Part shown: positions 41,386 through 49,411 of the stretch, one piece after another
How positions within the stretch are numbered: position 1 is the first letter of the stretch
Layout: every line of letters starts with the position of its first letter
IMG/VR virus record: IMGVR_UViG_3300032093_000005
Length of the DNA: 64,000 nucleotides
Reading direction: 5' to 3' (one strand)
DNA from: a virus
Taxonomy: Duplodnaviria; Caudoviricetes
Program-made: the position numbers and the translations under genes
The notes under the pieces: model-generated
What the model saw: the letters and a program-made list of their open reading frames with translations, nothing else
What the model was told of the DNA's origin: nothing
Databases searched by the model: none

Positions 41386-42035
41386 TGTCTTATTTTAGAA
41401 CACTACCAAACTTAGAATATCAATCATTCTTATCAGATAAGACTTCTGTTGATGAGTATTTAACTGTAAAAAACTTATTCCGTAGAGTCAAACTTCGTGA
41501 TGACTTACAAAATGTTTTTACAGTTTTTGACAAATATCAAATCATTGATGGTGCTCGACCAGATACTATTGCGGAAGAACTTTATGGTAGTTCGCAATAT
41601 GATTGGGTTATTTTAATTACTGCAGGAATTACTAGAGTTAGAGATCAATGGCCGCTGTCTGATGCACAAGTTTATGATTATGCAGAGTCAATTTATGGTG
41701 CAGATTTAAATTCAATTCATCATTATGAAACAACGGAAGTCAAAGATTCTGAAGATCGTTTAATTCTTCCAGCAGGTAAAGTTGTTGATGTTGACTTTAC
41801 AATTCCAAAACCAGGAGATCCAACTGCATCTTTAAATCCAGTTGTTGGTATTTCAAACTATGAGTATGAAGTTCTAAAAAACAATGACAAAAGAACCATT
41901 TATGTTCTCAAACCAGTTTATTTGCAACAAGTTTTAAATGATGTAAGAAAGGAGATGACTTATGATCAATCATCTCAGTATGTTAATGATAAAGTAATTA
42001 GAACTGAGAACACAAGAGCGTCAAGTCCACAATAA
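41385..42035 (+). CDS. gp53: Baseplate wedge gp53
   Basis: YFRTLPNLEY...KNLFRR...GARPDTIAEELYG...DWVILI. Confidence 0.9.
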   Translation: MSYFRTLPNLEYQSFLSDKTSVDEYLTVKNLFRRVKLRDDLQNVFTVFDKYQIIDGARPDTIAEELYGSSQYDWVILITAGITRVRDQWPLSDAQVYDYAESIYGADLNSIHHYETTEVKDSEDRLILPAGKVVDVDFTIPKPGDPTASLNPVVGISNYEYEVLKNNDKRTIYVLKPVYLQQVLNDVRKEMTYDQSSQYVNDKVIRTENTRASSPQ

Positions 42036-42611
42036 TTTTAATTTCTTATCAAAAACCATCACATATCGGTGTTTGCGGGAGCGTTCTTTCCATTCTCCTG
42101 CAGCACCTTTAACTTTGCCTCTAGAGTGTTTAGTTCCGTCTGCATAATAGAAATCTTTCTTTGGATCTGAAAGTCCGCAATATTTAAAATTACAAGCGCG
42201 ATAGATTGTACCATTGTGGAAATCACTATCAGCGTAAGAGATGATTGCTTTAACTTCAGTATCCTTCCGTAACTGTCTAATCGATCTTGAAACAAACCAA
42301 GAAGTGATATTATGCTCGGTTCCTTGTGTTTCGGGGTGTATGCAAAGACGGGAAAGTTCAAAGAGTCCTTCTTGTTCATTCCGTTCTAATCCAAATGCTC
42401 CTTTTGCAATTTCAGGTACAGGAAGTCCAGTAAAGATACAGACTCCCTGAATACCACCAATATTCAACGGGCAAAAGTCATTGCCCTTATAAAGACCGTA
42501 GTTGTAACCTGACTTAAAGGATTTGGAAAAGTCCTTAAGATAATGAAACCGCAGAAGTAACTCTGCGGCTTCGGATTTACTTACACGGTCAATGTAGTAA
42601 TCTGTTTTCAA
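42021..42611 (-). CDS. Mom-like adenine modification enzyme (GNAT fold)
   Basis: LLLRFHYL...ELSRLC...SWFVSRSIRQL...IISYADSD...GTIYRACNF matches Mu Mom-family motifs. Confidence 0.75.
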   Translation of the reverse strand: MKTDYYIDRVSKSEAAELLLRFHYLKDFSKSFKSGYNYGLYKGNDFCPLNIGGIQGVCIFTGLPVPEIAKGAFGLERNEQEGLFELSRLCIHPETQGTEHNITSWFVSRSIRQLRKDTEVKAIISYADSDFHNGTIYRACNFKYCGLSDPKKDFYYADGTKHSRGKVKGAAGEWKERSRKHRYVMVFDKKLKLLWT

Positions 42612-43531
42612 TCTTCGGCAAGACGGGCGAAATACGACAACGCATCATCATCGTCATCCTCCACAGGTGCCGCAGCACGGCGAGTAGGTTGAAGATTGTT
42701 GAGTTCACTGCGAAGATCTTCATCAAGGTCTTTCACAGGACCACGAGTATTATCCTCATCAAACTCTTCAGGGTCCTGATAGCGAGGAGTGCCTTTGGTG
42801 CCAAGCACATAGTCCAGACGCTTCTTCAAATCATCATAAGACTTGAACTGATCGGCAGCAACGAGTTCAGCAAGCGAATACTGCTTTTTCCAGATTGCTT
42901 CCATTGCGTCATCGTCGTCCAGAAGAGGGGCAGATGCAGCAAACTCAGAGGAGTCATAGTTACGATAACCAGCAACGTTCTTTGCCTTCAGTTTGAAGTT
43001 GGCACCTTGCCAGAAGTCAAATGGATCAATTGCTTCCTCATCTTCAAACTCAGGTTGCATTGCAGCGGTAAGTTTATCAAAGATCTTCTTACCATACTTG
43101 AACAGGAAGACCTTACCTTCGTTGGCGGGGTTCGCAGGGTCCTTCACCACGTAGATGTTGGAGATATAAGTCAGTTTACGCTTTTGCTTACGTGCCAGTT
43201 CTTTACCAGCATCAGTGCCGTTGTTCCACAGTTCGGAGTTCAGTTCGGACACAGGATCCTTCTGATTCAAAGTGGTGAGACTGTTTTCAATATACCAACC
43301 ACCAGAACCCTGAAATGCGTGACTGTAGAGTTTCACGAACGGCAGGTCTTCACCGTTAGGAGCAGGGAGGAAACGGATCACGGCATAACCATTATTTGCT
43401 TTGTCGCATTCTAATTTCCAGAAGCGTTCATCACTAGAACCGCTACTAGTATTCATTTTTTCTACTTCTTTGACCAATTTGGCAGTAAGATTGCCCAGCT
43501 TGGACTGTTTTTTAAGGTCGGAAAACGACAT
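42608..43531 (-). CDS. gp32: Single-stranded DNA-binding protein gp32
   Basis: MSFSDLKK...GYAVIRFLP...YIENSLTTL...FKYGKKIFDK; acidic tail. Confidence 0.95.
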   Translation of the reverse strand: MSFSDLKKQSKLGNLTAKLVKEVEKMNTSSGSSDERFWKLECDKANNGYAVIRFLPAPNGEDLPFVKLYSHAFQGSGGWYIENSLTTLNQKDPVSELNSELWNNGTDAGKELARKQKRKLTYISNIYVVKDPANPANEGKVFLFKYGKKIFDKLTAAMQPEFEDEEAIDPFDFWQGANFKLKAKNVAGYRNYDSSEFAASAPLLDDDDAMEAIWKKQYSLAELVAADQFKSYDDLKKRLDYVLGTKGTPRYQDPEEFDEDNTRGPVKDLDEDLRSELNNLQPTRRAAAPVEDDDDDALSYFARLAED

Positions 43532-43575
43532 TTGGATTACCTCGGATAGTTTGGATTCGGGGGATTTACTTAGAT

Positions 43576-43604
43576 AGTATAGCGAAGATTGAATCACCTG
43601 TCAA
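43576..43604 (-). promoter_or_regulatory. Sigma70-type promoter of gp32
   Basis: TTGACA (43599-43604) - 17 nt - TATACT (43576-43581). Confidence 0.8.
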
Positions 43605-43926
43605 TATATTGCTTGAGTGATTCAATGGTCTTGTTCATACTACTGAATAAAACTTGCATATCAGTCTCTGGTGGGAAACCCATCAAGGCAACTGACTTGC
43701 GTAGGTTCTCTTTCATTTCAACCGCTTGAGGGTCGTCTGAAAGGGACAACCTAGTATACATCACTCTCTGCTTTTCTAGCAAGAGCTCAAGTTTCTCAAT
43801 GTGCTCCAATTTGGTCTCACGGGACATTCCACCGAAAGTTAAAATACTTCCGTAGATTTCTTCTTGTAACTTGTTAATTTCTTTCAGTTCTTCCTGAATA
43901 ATATCAGAATCGAAAAAGCTACTCAT
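43594..43926 (-). CDS. DUF1825-like cyanobacterial/cyanophage protein
   Basis: FFDSDIIQEELK...LSLSDDP.A..MKE.L. Confidence 0.6.
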   Translation of the reverse strand: MSSFFDSDIIQEELKEINKLQEEIYGSILTFGGMSRETKLEHIEKLELLLEKQRVMYTRLSLSDDPQAVEMKENLRKSVALMGFPPETDMQVLFSSMNKTIESLKQYIDR

Positions 43927-44515
43927 CTATAATGTCCCTTAAAATTTTCTTGTAATTGAACACGTCAATATTTAGAAATGGTTTATACTTTGAAATTTTC
44001 AAACTGACGGTTTCCCACACTGGGTCCAGGAGTTGCTTATCAAAGGTCTTCCCGAACAGGAATATTCTATCCCATATAGTAAAGGTTTCTATACTAATCT
44101 TCCCGCTCAGGAACTTTTTTAGAATGACTGGATGTTGCTTTGAAGCATCAAGAACCTGCTTTAAGTTGCTTTCAGACAACATATCTTCCGATTCTTGCTT
44201 GAAGATATAAGACAAACTTTGCTGGCGTCTCATCCAGTCAGCATAAGTTCTCTCACCCGAATTGATGATCTCACCGATCCAGAGATTACCAGGCGTGTCT
44301 GATGCTACAAAGTTTGATACTAGAAAATCTACAATTTCCTTGTCCGAAAATTTGCGACTCGTGCGTTCGAAGAAATACTTATCTTTGCGTCGATTAAAGG
44401 ACGTTATACTCGCACGAGTCTTCGCACCGTACTTAAAGAAGTCGTATTTTGGATTTGTAAAATGATTTTTGAGTGACAGATAATGTTGATAAGTTTCAAA
44501 GGGTGTCACGGTCAT
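43919..44515 (-). CDS. gp59: Helicase loader gp59
   Basis: YQHYLSLKNHFTNPKYDFFKY...RKDKYFFE. Confidence 0.9.
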   Translation of the reverse strand: MTVTPFETYQHYLSLKNHFTNPKYDFFKYGAKTRASITSFNRRKDKYFFERTSRKFSDKEIVDFLVSNFVASDTPGNLWIGEIINSGERTYADWMRRQQSLSYIFKQESEDMLSESNLKQVLDASKQHPVILKKFLSGKISIETFTIWDRIFLFGKTFDKQLLDPVWETVSLKISKYKPFLNIDVFNYKKILRDIIDE

Positions 44516-44772
44516 AGAGGCAGTTTTGCTTTCGAAGTTCGCTTCATAAAGTTCAAACGGGTTGCATCCCATTTGAGTCGCTCTTTCAGAGGTTTTGAAA
44601 TGAGTTTTGTTACTGATTCTACTTCAAGACTATTGATTTCACAATAGTGAACGATTGCGTCAATATAGTTGAAGTTTTCTTCTGCAACAATCTTTTCAAT
44701 CTCAAGAGCAAACTTAGAAGGAGTTAAAAACTTATTTTCGATTGCCTGTTCCAGTTCTTTATTTGGTTCCAT
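44512..44772 (-). CDS. gp33: Late transcription coactivator gp33
   Basis: EIEKIV...NYIDAIVHYCE...VTKLISKPLKERL..DA..LNF. Confidence 0.9.
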   Translation of the reverse strand: MEPNKELEQAIENKFLTPSKFALEIEKIVAEENFNYIDAIVHYCEINSLEVESVTKLISKPLKERLKWDATRLNFMKRTSKAKLPL

Positions 44773-45439
44773 AGAGTTCCAGTTTATCTCTAACAAACTT
44801 TCTAATGTATTCTGTGAGAAGTTTGATGTACTTTGATTTGTTTCTTTCTTCATAAACGACGCATTCTCCATTTTCACAAGCCATAATGATTACAAGTTTT
44901 TTGACTGAAATACCAGTCAGTTCGTATAGCATACATCCGTAAGCCATACATTGAACAAAGTAGTGTTCGATCCACTCTCGTGGTTTTGGTTTTTTAGAAG
45001 TTTTAAAGTCAATTATTGCTAACTCGCCGTCATATTCAGCGATACAATCAACTGTCCCAGCAATACCTAATTGCTTACTATATAGGGACCCTTCTAGGGC
45101 GTAAATATTATTTATGCGATTGAGTTCTGTTTTTGAGATTTTAAAGAGAAAGTCTGAAAGAGGTTGAACTGAGGGCAGGTCACGATTATAAAGATAGTTC
45201 TCTACAAGCGTGTGCATATCAGTTCCACGACTCGTTGCCGCTTTCGTGACACGATCCGCTTCTTCATCTCCAACTTTCTTACGCCAATTAACAAAGATCT
45301 CCTTATTAAAATGACTGGTCACCGAAGTAATGGAGACCAGTCGGAGAAGTTCTTCTTCATCAGGAATTGAGTAGTATCTTACACCATCAATTGTCTCACG
45401 CTCCAACTTAGGGAGTTCAATATCAATATGTTTGAACAT
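44759..45439 (-). CDS. PD-(D/E)XK exonuclease
   Basis: SITSV, RGTDMH, AGTVDCIAEY...IIDFKTS, YFVQCMAY. Confidence 0.85.
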   Translation of the reverse strand: MFKHIDIELPKLERETIDGVRYYSIPDEEELLRLVSITSVTSHFNKEIFVNWRKKVGDEEADRVTKAATSRGTDMHTLVENYLYNRDLPSVQPLSDFLFKISKTELNRINNIYALEGSLYSKQLGIAGTVDCIAEYDGELAIIDFKTSKKPKPREWIEHYFVQCMAYGCMLYELTGISVKKLVIIMACENGECVVYEERNKSKYIKLLTEYIRKFVRDKLELYGTK

Positions 45440-46197
45440 TAAAAACCAGCATCCAATTTAGCAATAATGTACTCTTTAACAAGTCCAGAACGAACAATGT
45501 CTTCTACACCAAATTCAATTATATCAAAAGATGGCATTTTACGCAAGACAGTCATAAAATCAACAATACCATTTCGTTCGTTAGTCTTCTGTAAGTCTGA
45601 TTGAGAAGCATCACCACAGAAACAAATCTTGGTATTCTCACCAACACGAGTGATAATAGAATCCAATTCGTGAAAGTTTAGGTTTTGGAACTCATCCACA
45701 ATAATGATAGCGTTATCAAGGGTCGTTCCACGCAAGAATGAGGTGCTCCAAAACTTAATGGTTTCTTGAGACTTTAAGTTACCATAAAGCATCTCAAAGT
45801 CAGCATCAGAAGGCATCTGGAACATATACTTCACCATATTCTTATAAGGAATCTGGTAAATATCTGCCTTATCATCGTGAGTTCCAGGCAGAAATCCAAT
45901 CTCTCTGGTTGCAACAAGTGAACGAACAAGATAAATTCTTTCGTATGGTGTTCTTTCATCGAGAACATCTGCAAGGGCATTATAGAGTGTGATAAAGGTT
46001 TTACCTGTCCCAGCACATCCATAGGCAACAATATGTTTACCATCATTATAAGACTCAAACAAACGTTTTTGATTGTCTGTAAGGGGATCAATGTCAACTA
46101 AGTAATCAGCACTTAGAGGTTTTCTCCTCTTCATCTGCTTTGCAGTCAAACCAACTCCGATAGGTTGATCAACGTTGCCTCTTTTTCTTCTTGCCAT
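45439..46197 (-). CDS. phoH: PhoH-family ATPase
   Basis: GCAGTGKT, LVRSLV.TREIGFLPG, FLRGTT, IIVDEFQN, GD..QSDL. Confidence 0.95.
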   Translation of the reverse strand: MARRKRGNVDQPIGVGLTAKQMKRRKPLSADYLVDIDPLTDNQKRLFESYNDGKHIVAYGCAGTGKTFITLYNALADVLDERTPYERIYLVRSLVATREIGFLPGTHDDKADIYQIPYKNMVKYMFQMPSDADFEMLYGNLKSQETIKFWSTSFLRGTTLDNAIIIVDEFQNLNFHELDSIITRVGENTKICFCGDASQSDLQKTNERNGIVDFMTVLRKMPSFDIIEFGVEDIVRSGLVKEYIIAKLDAGF

Positions 46198-46215
46198 TAG
46201 ATTTTATTCAGATGT

Positions 46216-46464
46216 TTAAATTTTCTTTACTCTTGAGCCCGGAGCCTTGCTGGCTTTCGCAAGCACATCGTTCCATCCGGGGTTCCTTGCAACCAGTTTG
46301 TCCCGCCATTCCCCAATTTCACAGGCACTTGGTGCGGTTGATGGATCACTCCAGTCCCTAATCCAGTCAACATTATCCTTTGACCATTGATCCCAGTCGT
46401 GAATACTCATAACAACTTCTTTTTGTTCCCCAGTTTTTTTATTAATGATTGGGTATGTTGGCAT
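46216..46464 (-). CDS. Conserved cyanophage protein (FmdB-like N-terminus, MPTYP)
   Basis: MPTYPIINKKTGE...GWNDVLAKASKAPGSRV. Confidence 0.6.
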   Translation of the reverse strand: MPTYPIINKKTGEQKEVVMSIHDWDQWSKDNVDWIRDWSDPSTAPSACEIGEWRDKLVARNPGWNDVLAKASKAPGSRVKKI

Positions 46465-46496
46465 TTTTTTTACTCTCAAAACTTGTATATAAAAAA

Positions 46497-47144
46497 TTAT
46501 TTATTGGTATTTCTTGTAAAGGTTCTTCCTCTCCTCCAACCTTGAGGTATTTCATTTTCCTTAAAAACATATCTACTTTCATTGCCATCAGTAATCCACA
46601 TCATAACACTTTTCCCACTATTCCAAGATTTTTTACCATACCTATGATTTTTTTCACCAATTTGTCTCTCACTCAATTTTCTTTTAGTTTCTTCACTCCT
46701 TTTTGATCCATAGGATGGATGATCTTTACCAAACTTACCATACATATGATTTTTTTCACCTTTTTGGCGGTCACTAAACATTTGTAAAACATCTTTACTA
46801 TGTCTATATCCGTAGGCAGGATGTTTCTCTCCTATTTTACCATACATTGGGTTATTTTTTCCATTCAAACAATAGTAGAATTTAGTTGAAGTCTGTTTTG
46901 CTCTATTCGCAAAATGAGGATTTTTATCTACTTCATAAAAATTGTGAAGAATTATTTCTGCTTCAAGTGCTTCTTCTACACTATCAAAAGTTTCTAAAAT
47001 AATCTTTTGAGATGGATTAAAGTTCTTATCGTGAAAACTTCCAAAGTAATTTACATCTTTTTCTGGAAGACAATCACATTCTCTTTTTCCAATATAACCC
47101 CTCCCATATTCCTCATAGGAATAATACACATAAAAATGTTTCAT
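46497..47144 (-). mobile_element. GIY-YIG homing endonuclease with NUMOD3-like repeats
   Basis: FYVYYSYEEYGRGYIG...YFGS; repeats NPMYGK, HPAYGYRHS, NHMYGK, HSEETKRKLSE-like. Confidence 0.85.
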
Positions 47145-47150
47145 ACTACT

Positions 47151-47233
47151 CTTAACTTGGTGACATAAGTATTTATAATAGAAAGGGGCATTTCTGCCCC
47201 CTTATTCTGCCTTAAATGTGTCACCAAGTTAAG
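47151..47233 (-). promoter_or_regulatory. Late promoter inside a 15-bp inverted repeat, with an internal terminator-like hairpin
   Basis: CTTAACTTGGTGACA 47151-47165 / TGTCACCAAGTTAAG 47219-47233; TATAAATA 47170-47177; GGGGCA/TGCCCC hairpin. Confidence 0.75.
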
Positions 47234-47243
47234 GCACATTTAT

Positions 47244-47996
47244 TTATGGACTCAGACGAGCACGATGCAGTCTTTTCTCTTCATAATACTTCCAAACATT
47301 TGGTGACCATTTTTGAAGAAGAGGGACAAATTGCTCACACAATGCTTGAATCTCTAATTGTGCATCCATTTTTGCTCGCAGATCCATAATATGAAGAACA
47401 GAACGTAAGTTAAAAGAAACCACAAAGTTCTGACGAATTGCTTGTGCAAGATAGTCCCTAATGTGCTCTTCGCACATTCCTTTTTCGTATTTTGTCGCAT
47501 AACGCTTGCAACCTTCTACAATCCAGTTTAGTTCGTCTTGATAATCTTCTGCTGTCCAATCATACTTCTTACCATACCGATTAGTATAAAATCCAGGAGG
47601 ACGCACAAAAAATACATCTTCTGGTTTAAGTTCACCGCTTGCAACTTTGATTACTCGCTTACCAGTGTAACGTTGAGATTGAACATCGAAAGTTACACCC
47701 ACTCTATGAGTTCGTGCCTGCATCGCAACATTATGAACATACCCAGACACTGAAAAAGTAATAGAAGGGTGTTCTAGGGGGCCCCAGTGCCCTTTCTCAT
47801 TGCTTAGTAGACGCTCTACAACCCATTCACCACATTCATTTGGACTAGGAATAGTTTGGTTGTGAATTGGAGTTTCAGAATAATCACATTTACCTGCCTG
47901 ATAAATGACTTGTTCTGGAAGTGCATAGCATTGAAGAACTACTACTTCAAGATTTTTATCAAGTTCAAGAAGATCTTTTGCTTTAATAGGTTTCAT
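47244..47996 (-). CDS. thyX: Flavin-dependent thymidylate synthase
   Basis: GHWGPLEH, QARTHR...QSQRY, NLRSVLH..DLR...AQLEI. Confidence 0.88.
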   Translation of the reverse strand: MKPIKAKDLLELDKNLEVVVLQCYALPEQVIYQAGKCDYSETPIHNQTIPSPNECGEWVVERLLSNEKGHWGPLEHPSITFSVSGYVHNVAMQARTHRVGVTFDVQSQRYTGKRVIKVASGELKPEDVFFVRPPGFYTNRYGKKYDWTAEDYQDELNWIVEGCKRYATKYEKGMCEEHIRDYLAQAIRQNFVVSFNLRSVLHIMDLRAKMDAQLEIQALCEQFVPLLQKWSPNVWKYYEEKRLHRARLSP

Positions 47997-48160
47997 TTCT
48001 TTCCAAATCCTTTTGATGTTTTTGCTTCCAGTTCTGCGAGTTCTTCTTTCAATGCTCGCAGTTGTTGTTTCATTTCTATAATTTTTTCAGCAGTGTAAAG
48101 ATGCTCTTGTTTTGTAAGTTTCTCAAGCAACTTTACCAGTTCTTTTGCTCTATTAGTCAT
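47993..48160 (-). CDS. Small coiled-coil hypothetical protein (55 aa)
   Basis: Hand translation: MTNRAKELVKLLEKL...KTSKGFGKK. Confidence 0.55.
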   Translation of the reverse strand: MTNRAKELVKLLEKLTKQEHLYTAEKIIEMKQQLRALKEELAELEAKTSKGFGKK

Positions 48161-48326
48161 CTAAATCAGAGTCCTCAAAAATTTCGTCGTAATCTAAAAT
48201 TGGTCGTTTTCTTACTTCTGGTTCTGTGTACTTATATGCAGATGTATCAGAATAAATTTCTGCCTTAAGAGAATCAACCAAGAGTTCAAGATTACGAACA
48301 ATCAGTTTTAGTTTGTCTTTGTCCAT
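48153..48326 (-). CDS. Conserved cyanophage hypothetical protein (57 aa)
   Basis: Hand translation: MDKDKLKLIVRNLELLVDSLKAEIYSD. Confidence 0.55.
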   Translation of the reverse strand: MDKDKLKLIVRNLELLVDSLKAEIYSDTSAYKYTEPEVRKRPILDYDEIFEDSDLDD

Positions 48327-48355
48327 AAGATATCATTCTCTCTCAAGATTTTAGC

Positions 48356-48384
48356 ATAAAAAAAGGAGGGGATCAACCCTCCTT
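48356..48384 (-). terminator. Rho-independent terminator
   Basis: AAGGAGGG-ttgatc-CCCTCCTT followed by a U tract on the minus strand. Confidence 0.8.
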
Positions 48385-48388
48385 AATG

Positions 48389-48481
48389 TCATCGCATTGC
48401 CATTGCAAGTTGTGCTTTGTATTTACGATCTTCTTTTTTCTTTTGATCTTTAATAAGTTGAAGTACATTAATTTTCTTCAT
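48389..48481 (-). CDS. 30-aa basic peptide coupled to the DUF4278 gene
   Basis: Hand translation: MKKINVLQLIKDQKKKEDRKYKAQLAMAMR; its ATG overlaps the upstream TGA. Confidence 0.5.
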   Translation of the reverse strand: MKKINVLQLIKDQKKKEDRKYKAQLAMAMR

Positions 48482-48618
48482 CACTTATGCCCCTCCTTTA
48501 CAAACTTAACACCACGATAGGTTTCGTTGTATTGTTGGGGTTGCTGCATCATCTGTTGTTGATACTCAAGACGCTTTTGAGTATCATATTCAATGCCGCG
48601 ATATACGACTTTAGACAT
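48481..48618 (-). CDS. DUF4278-like protein (45 aa)
   Basis: Hand translation: MSKVVYRGIEYD...ETYRGVKFVK with two YRG motifs; strong AAGGAG RBS. Confidence 0.8.
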   Translation of the reverse strand: MSKVVYRGIEYDTQKRLEYQQQMMQQPQQYNETYRGVKFVKEGHK

Positions 48619-48650
48619 TAGGTTTCTCCTTAGTTTTTTAGGTTAAAGAG

Positions 48651-48701
48651 CGTTCCTTCAGTCGGCGTTTGCGTTCGGTATTTGCGAATACCGAATGAAC
48701 G
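48651..48701 (-). ncRNA. Downstream glnA-riboswitch-like element (3' half plus rebuilt or degenerate 5' half)
   Basis: CGTTCA-[TTCGGTATT/AATACCGAA stem]-CGCAAACGCCGACTGAAG-GAACG; has P1 and GAAG but lacks GGAAGTA. Confidence 0.6.
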
Positions 48702-49248
48702 ACCTACTCTTTTTCCACCTACGAATAGAAGTATGACTAGTCCCATACATTTCACCAAGTTCTCTAATAGGTATATCTAAGATAGAAGGATTTTTATCTA
48801 CGTCTTCCAAGAAAACTTTATATCCACCACCCCTTCTTCTATCATTTAGATATTTTTCAGGAGTGTTGATATAAGTAGATAAATCTCTCAGTCTACCTTT
48901 AACCCAACCATTAGGTATTTGGTTTTTATGGACTAGTTTTTCTTCTATTCCATTATTCACACGAACCATACCATAGGAGCATAGACCAACTTTTGTTGAC
49001 TTCACCTTATTAGCGAAGTGTTGATTCTCATCAACAGAGAAGAACTCATGGAGTTTTATTTCTGCTAAGTGTGCATCTTCTCTAGTCTCGTGGATGGATA
49101 GGATAATTTTTTCAGTTGGACTGAAAGTTTCATCCGTATAACTCCCCATATAAAAATCCATAGAAGGTTCTACAGAAGAACCCCTAGAACCAATATATCC
49201 ACGACCATAAGGTTCGTATGAGTAGTAGGTATAGAAAAACATAGGCAT
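48658..49248 (-). mobile_element. GIY-YIG homing endonuclease inserted in the riboswitch region
   Basis: FYTYYSYEPYGRGYIG...YMGS, paralogous to 46497-47144; C-terminal HTH-like IRELGEMYGTSHTSIRRW. Confidence 0.8.
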
Positions 49249-49250
49249 CC

Positions 49251-49291
49251 CGTTCCGCGTCGGCTTACTTCCGTCTGTTTCCAGATGAACG
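49251..49291 (-). ncRNA. Glutamine (glnA-class) riboswitch aptamer, 5' half with altered 3' junction
   Basis: CGTTC-A-TCTG GAAA CAGA-C-GGAAGTAAG-CCGACGCG-GAACG: P1, P2 and the GGAAGUA E-loop strand. Confidence 0.75.
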
Positions 49292-49298
49292 TAAGGTC

Positions 49299-49351
49299 AT
49301 TATAGACCTTTTCAGATTATATAGCAATATTACTGTGTATAAAATGTTACA
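49299..49351 (-). promoter_or_regulatory. Promoter with NtcA-consensus box
   Basis: TTGCTA (49322-49327) - 17 nt - TATAAT (49299-49304); TGTA-N8-TACA at 49336-49351. Confidence 0.65.
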
Positions 49352-49411
49352 CTTTTACAAATCTTAAGGGGGCAAAAAAATTGCCGGGATTTTTTCCCAG
49401 CATTTTGTAAA

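Noticed and set aside
42689-43414. 241-aa plus-strand ORF
   Set aside because: Lies wholly antisense to gp32; a codon-bias shadow.
44759-45439. Cas4-like nuclease as a sign of a CRISPR system
   Set aside because: This is the PD-(D/E)XK exonuclease normally found between phoH and gp33 in cyanomyoviruses; no array or other cas genes.
47244-47996. Intron in thymidylate synthase, by analogy with T4 td
   Set aside because: The ORF is continuous and of ThyX type; the neighbouring endonuclease is free-standing.
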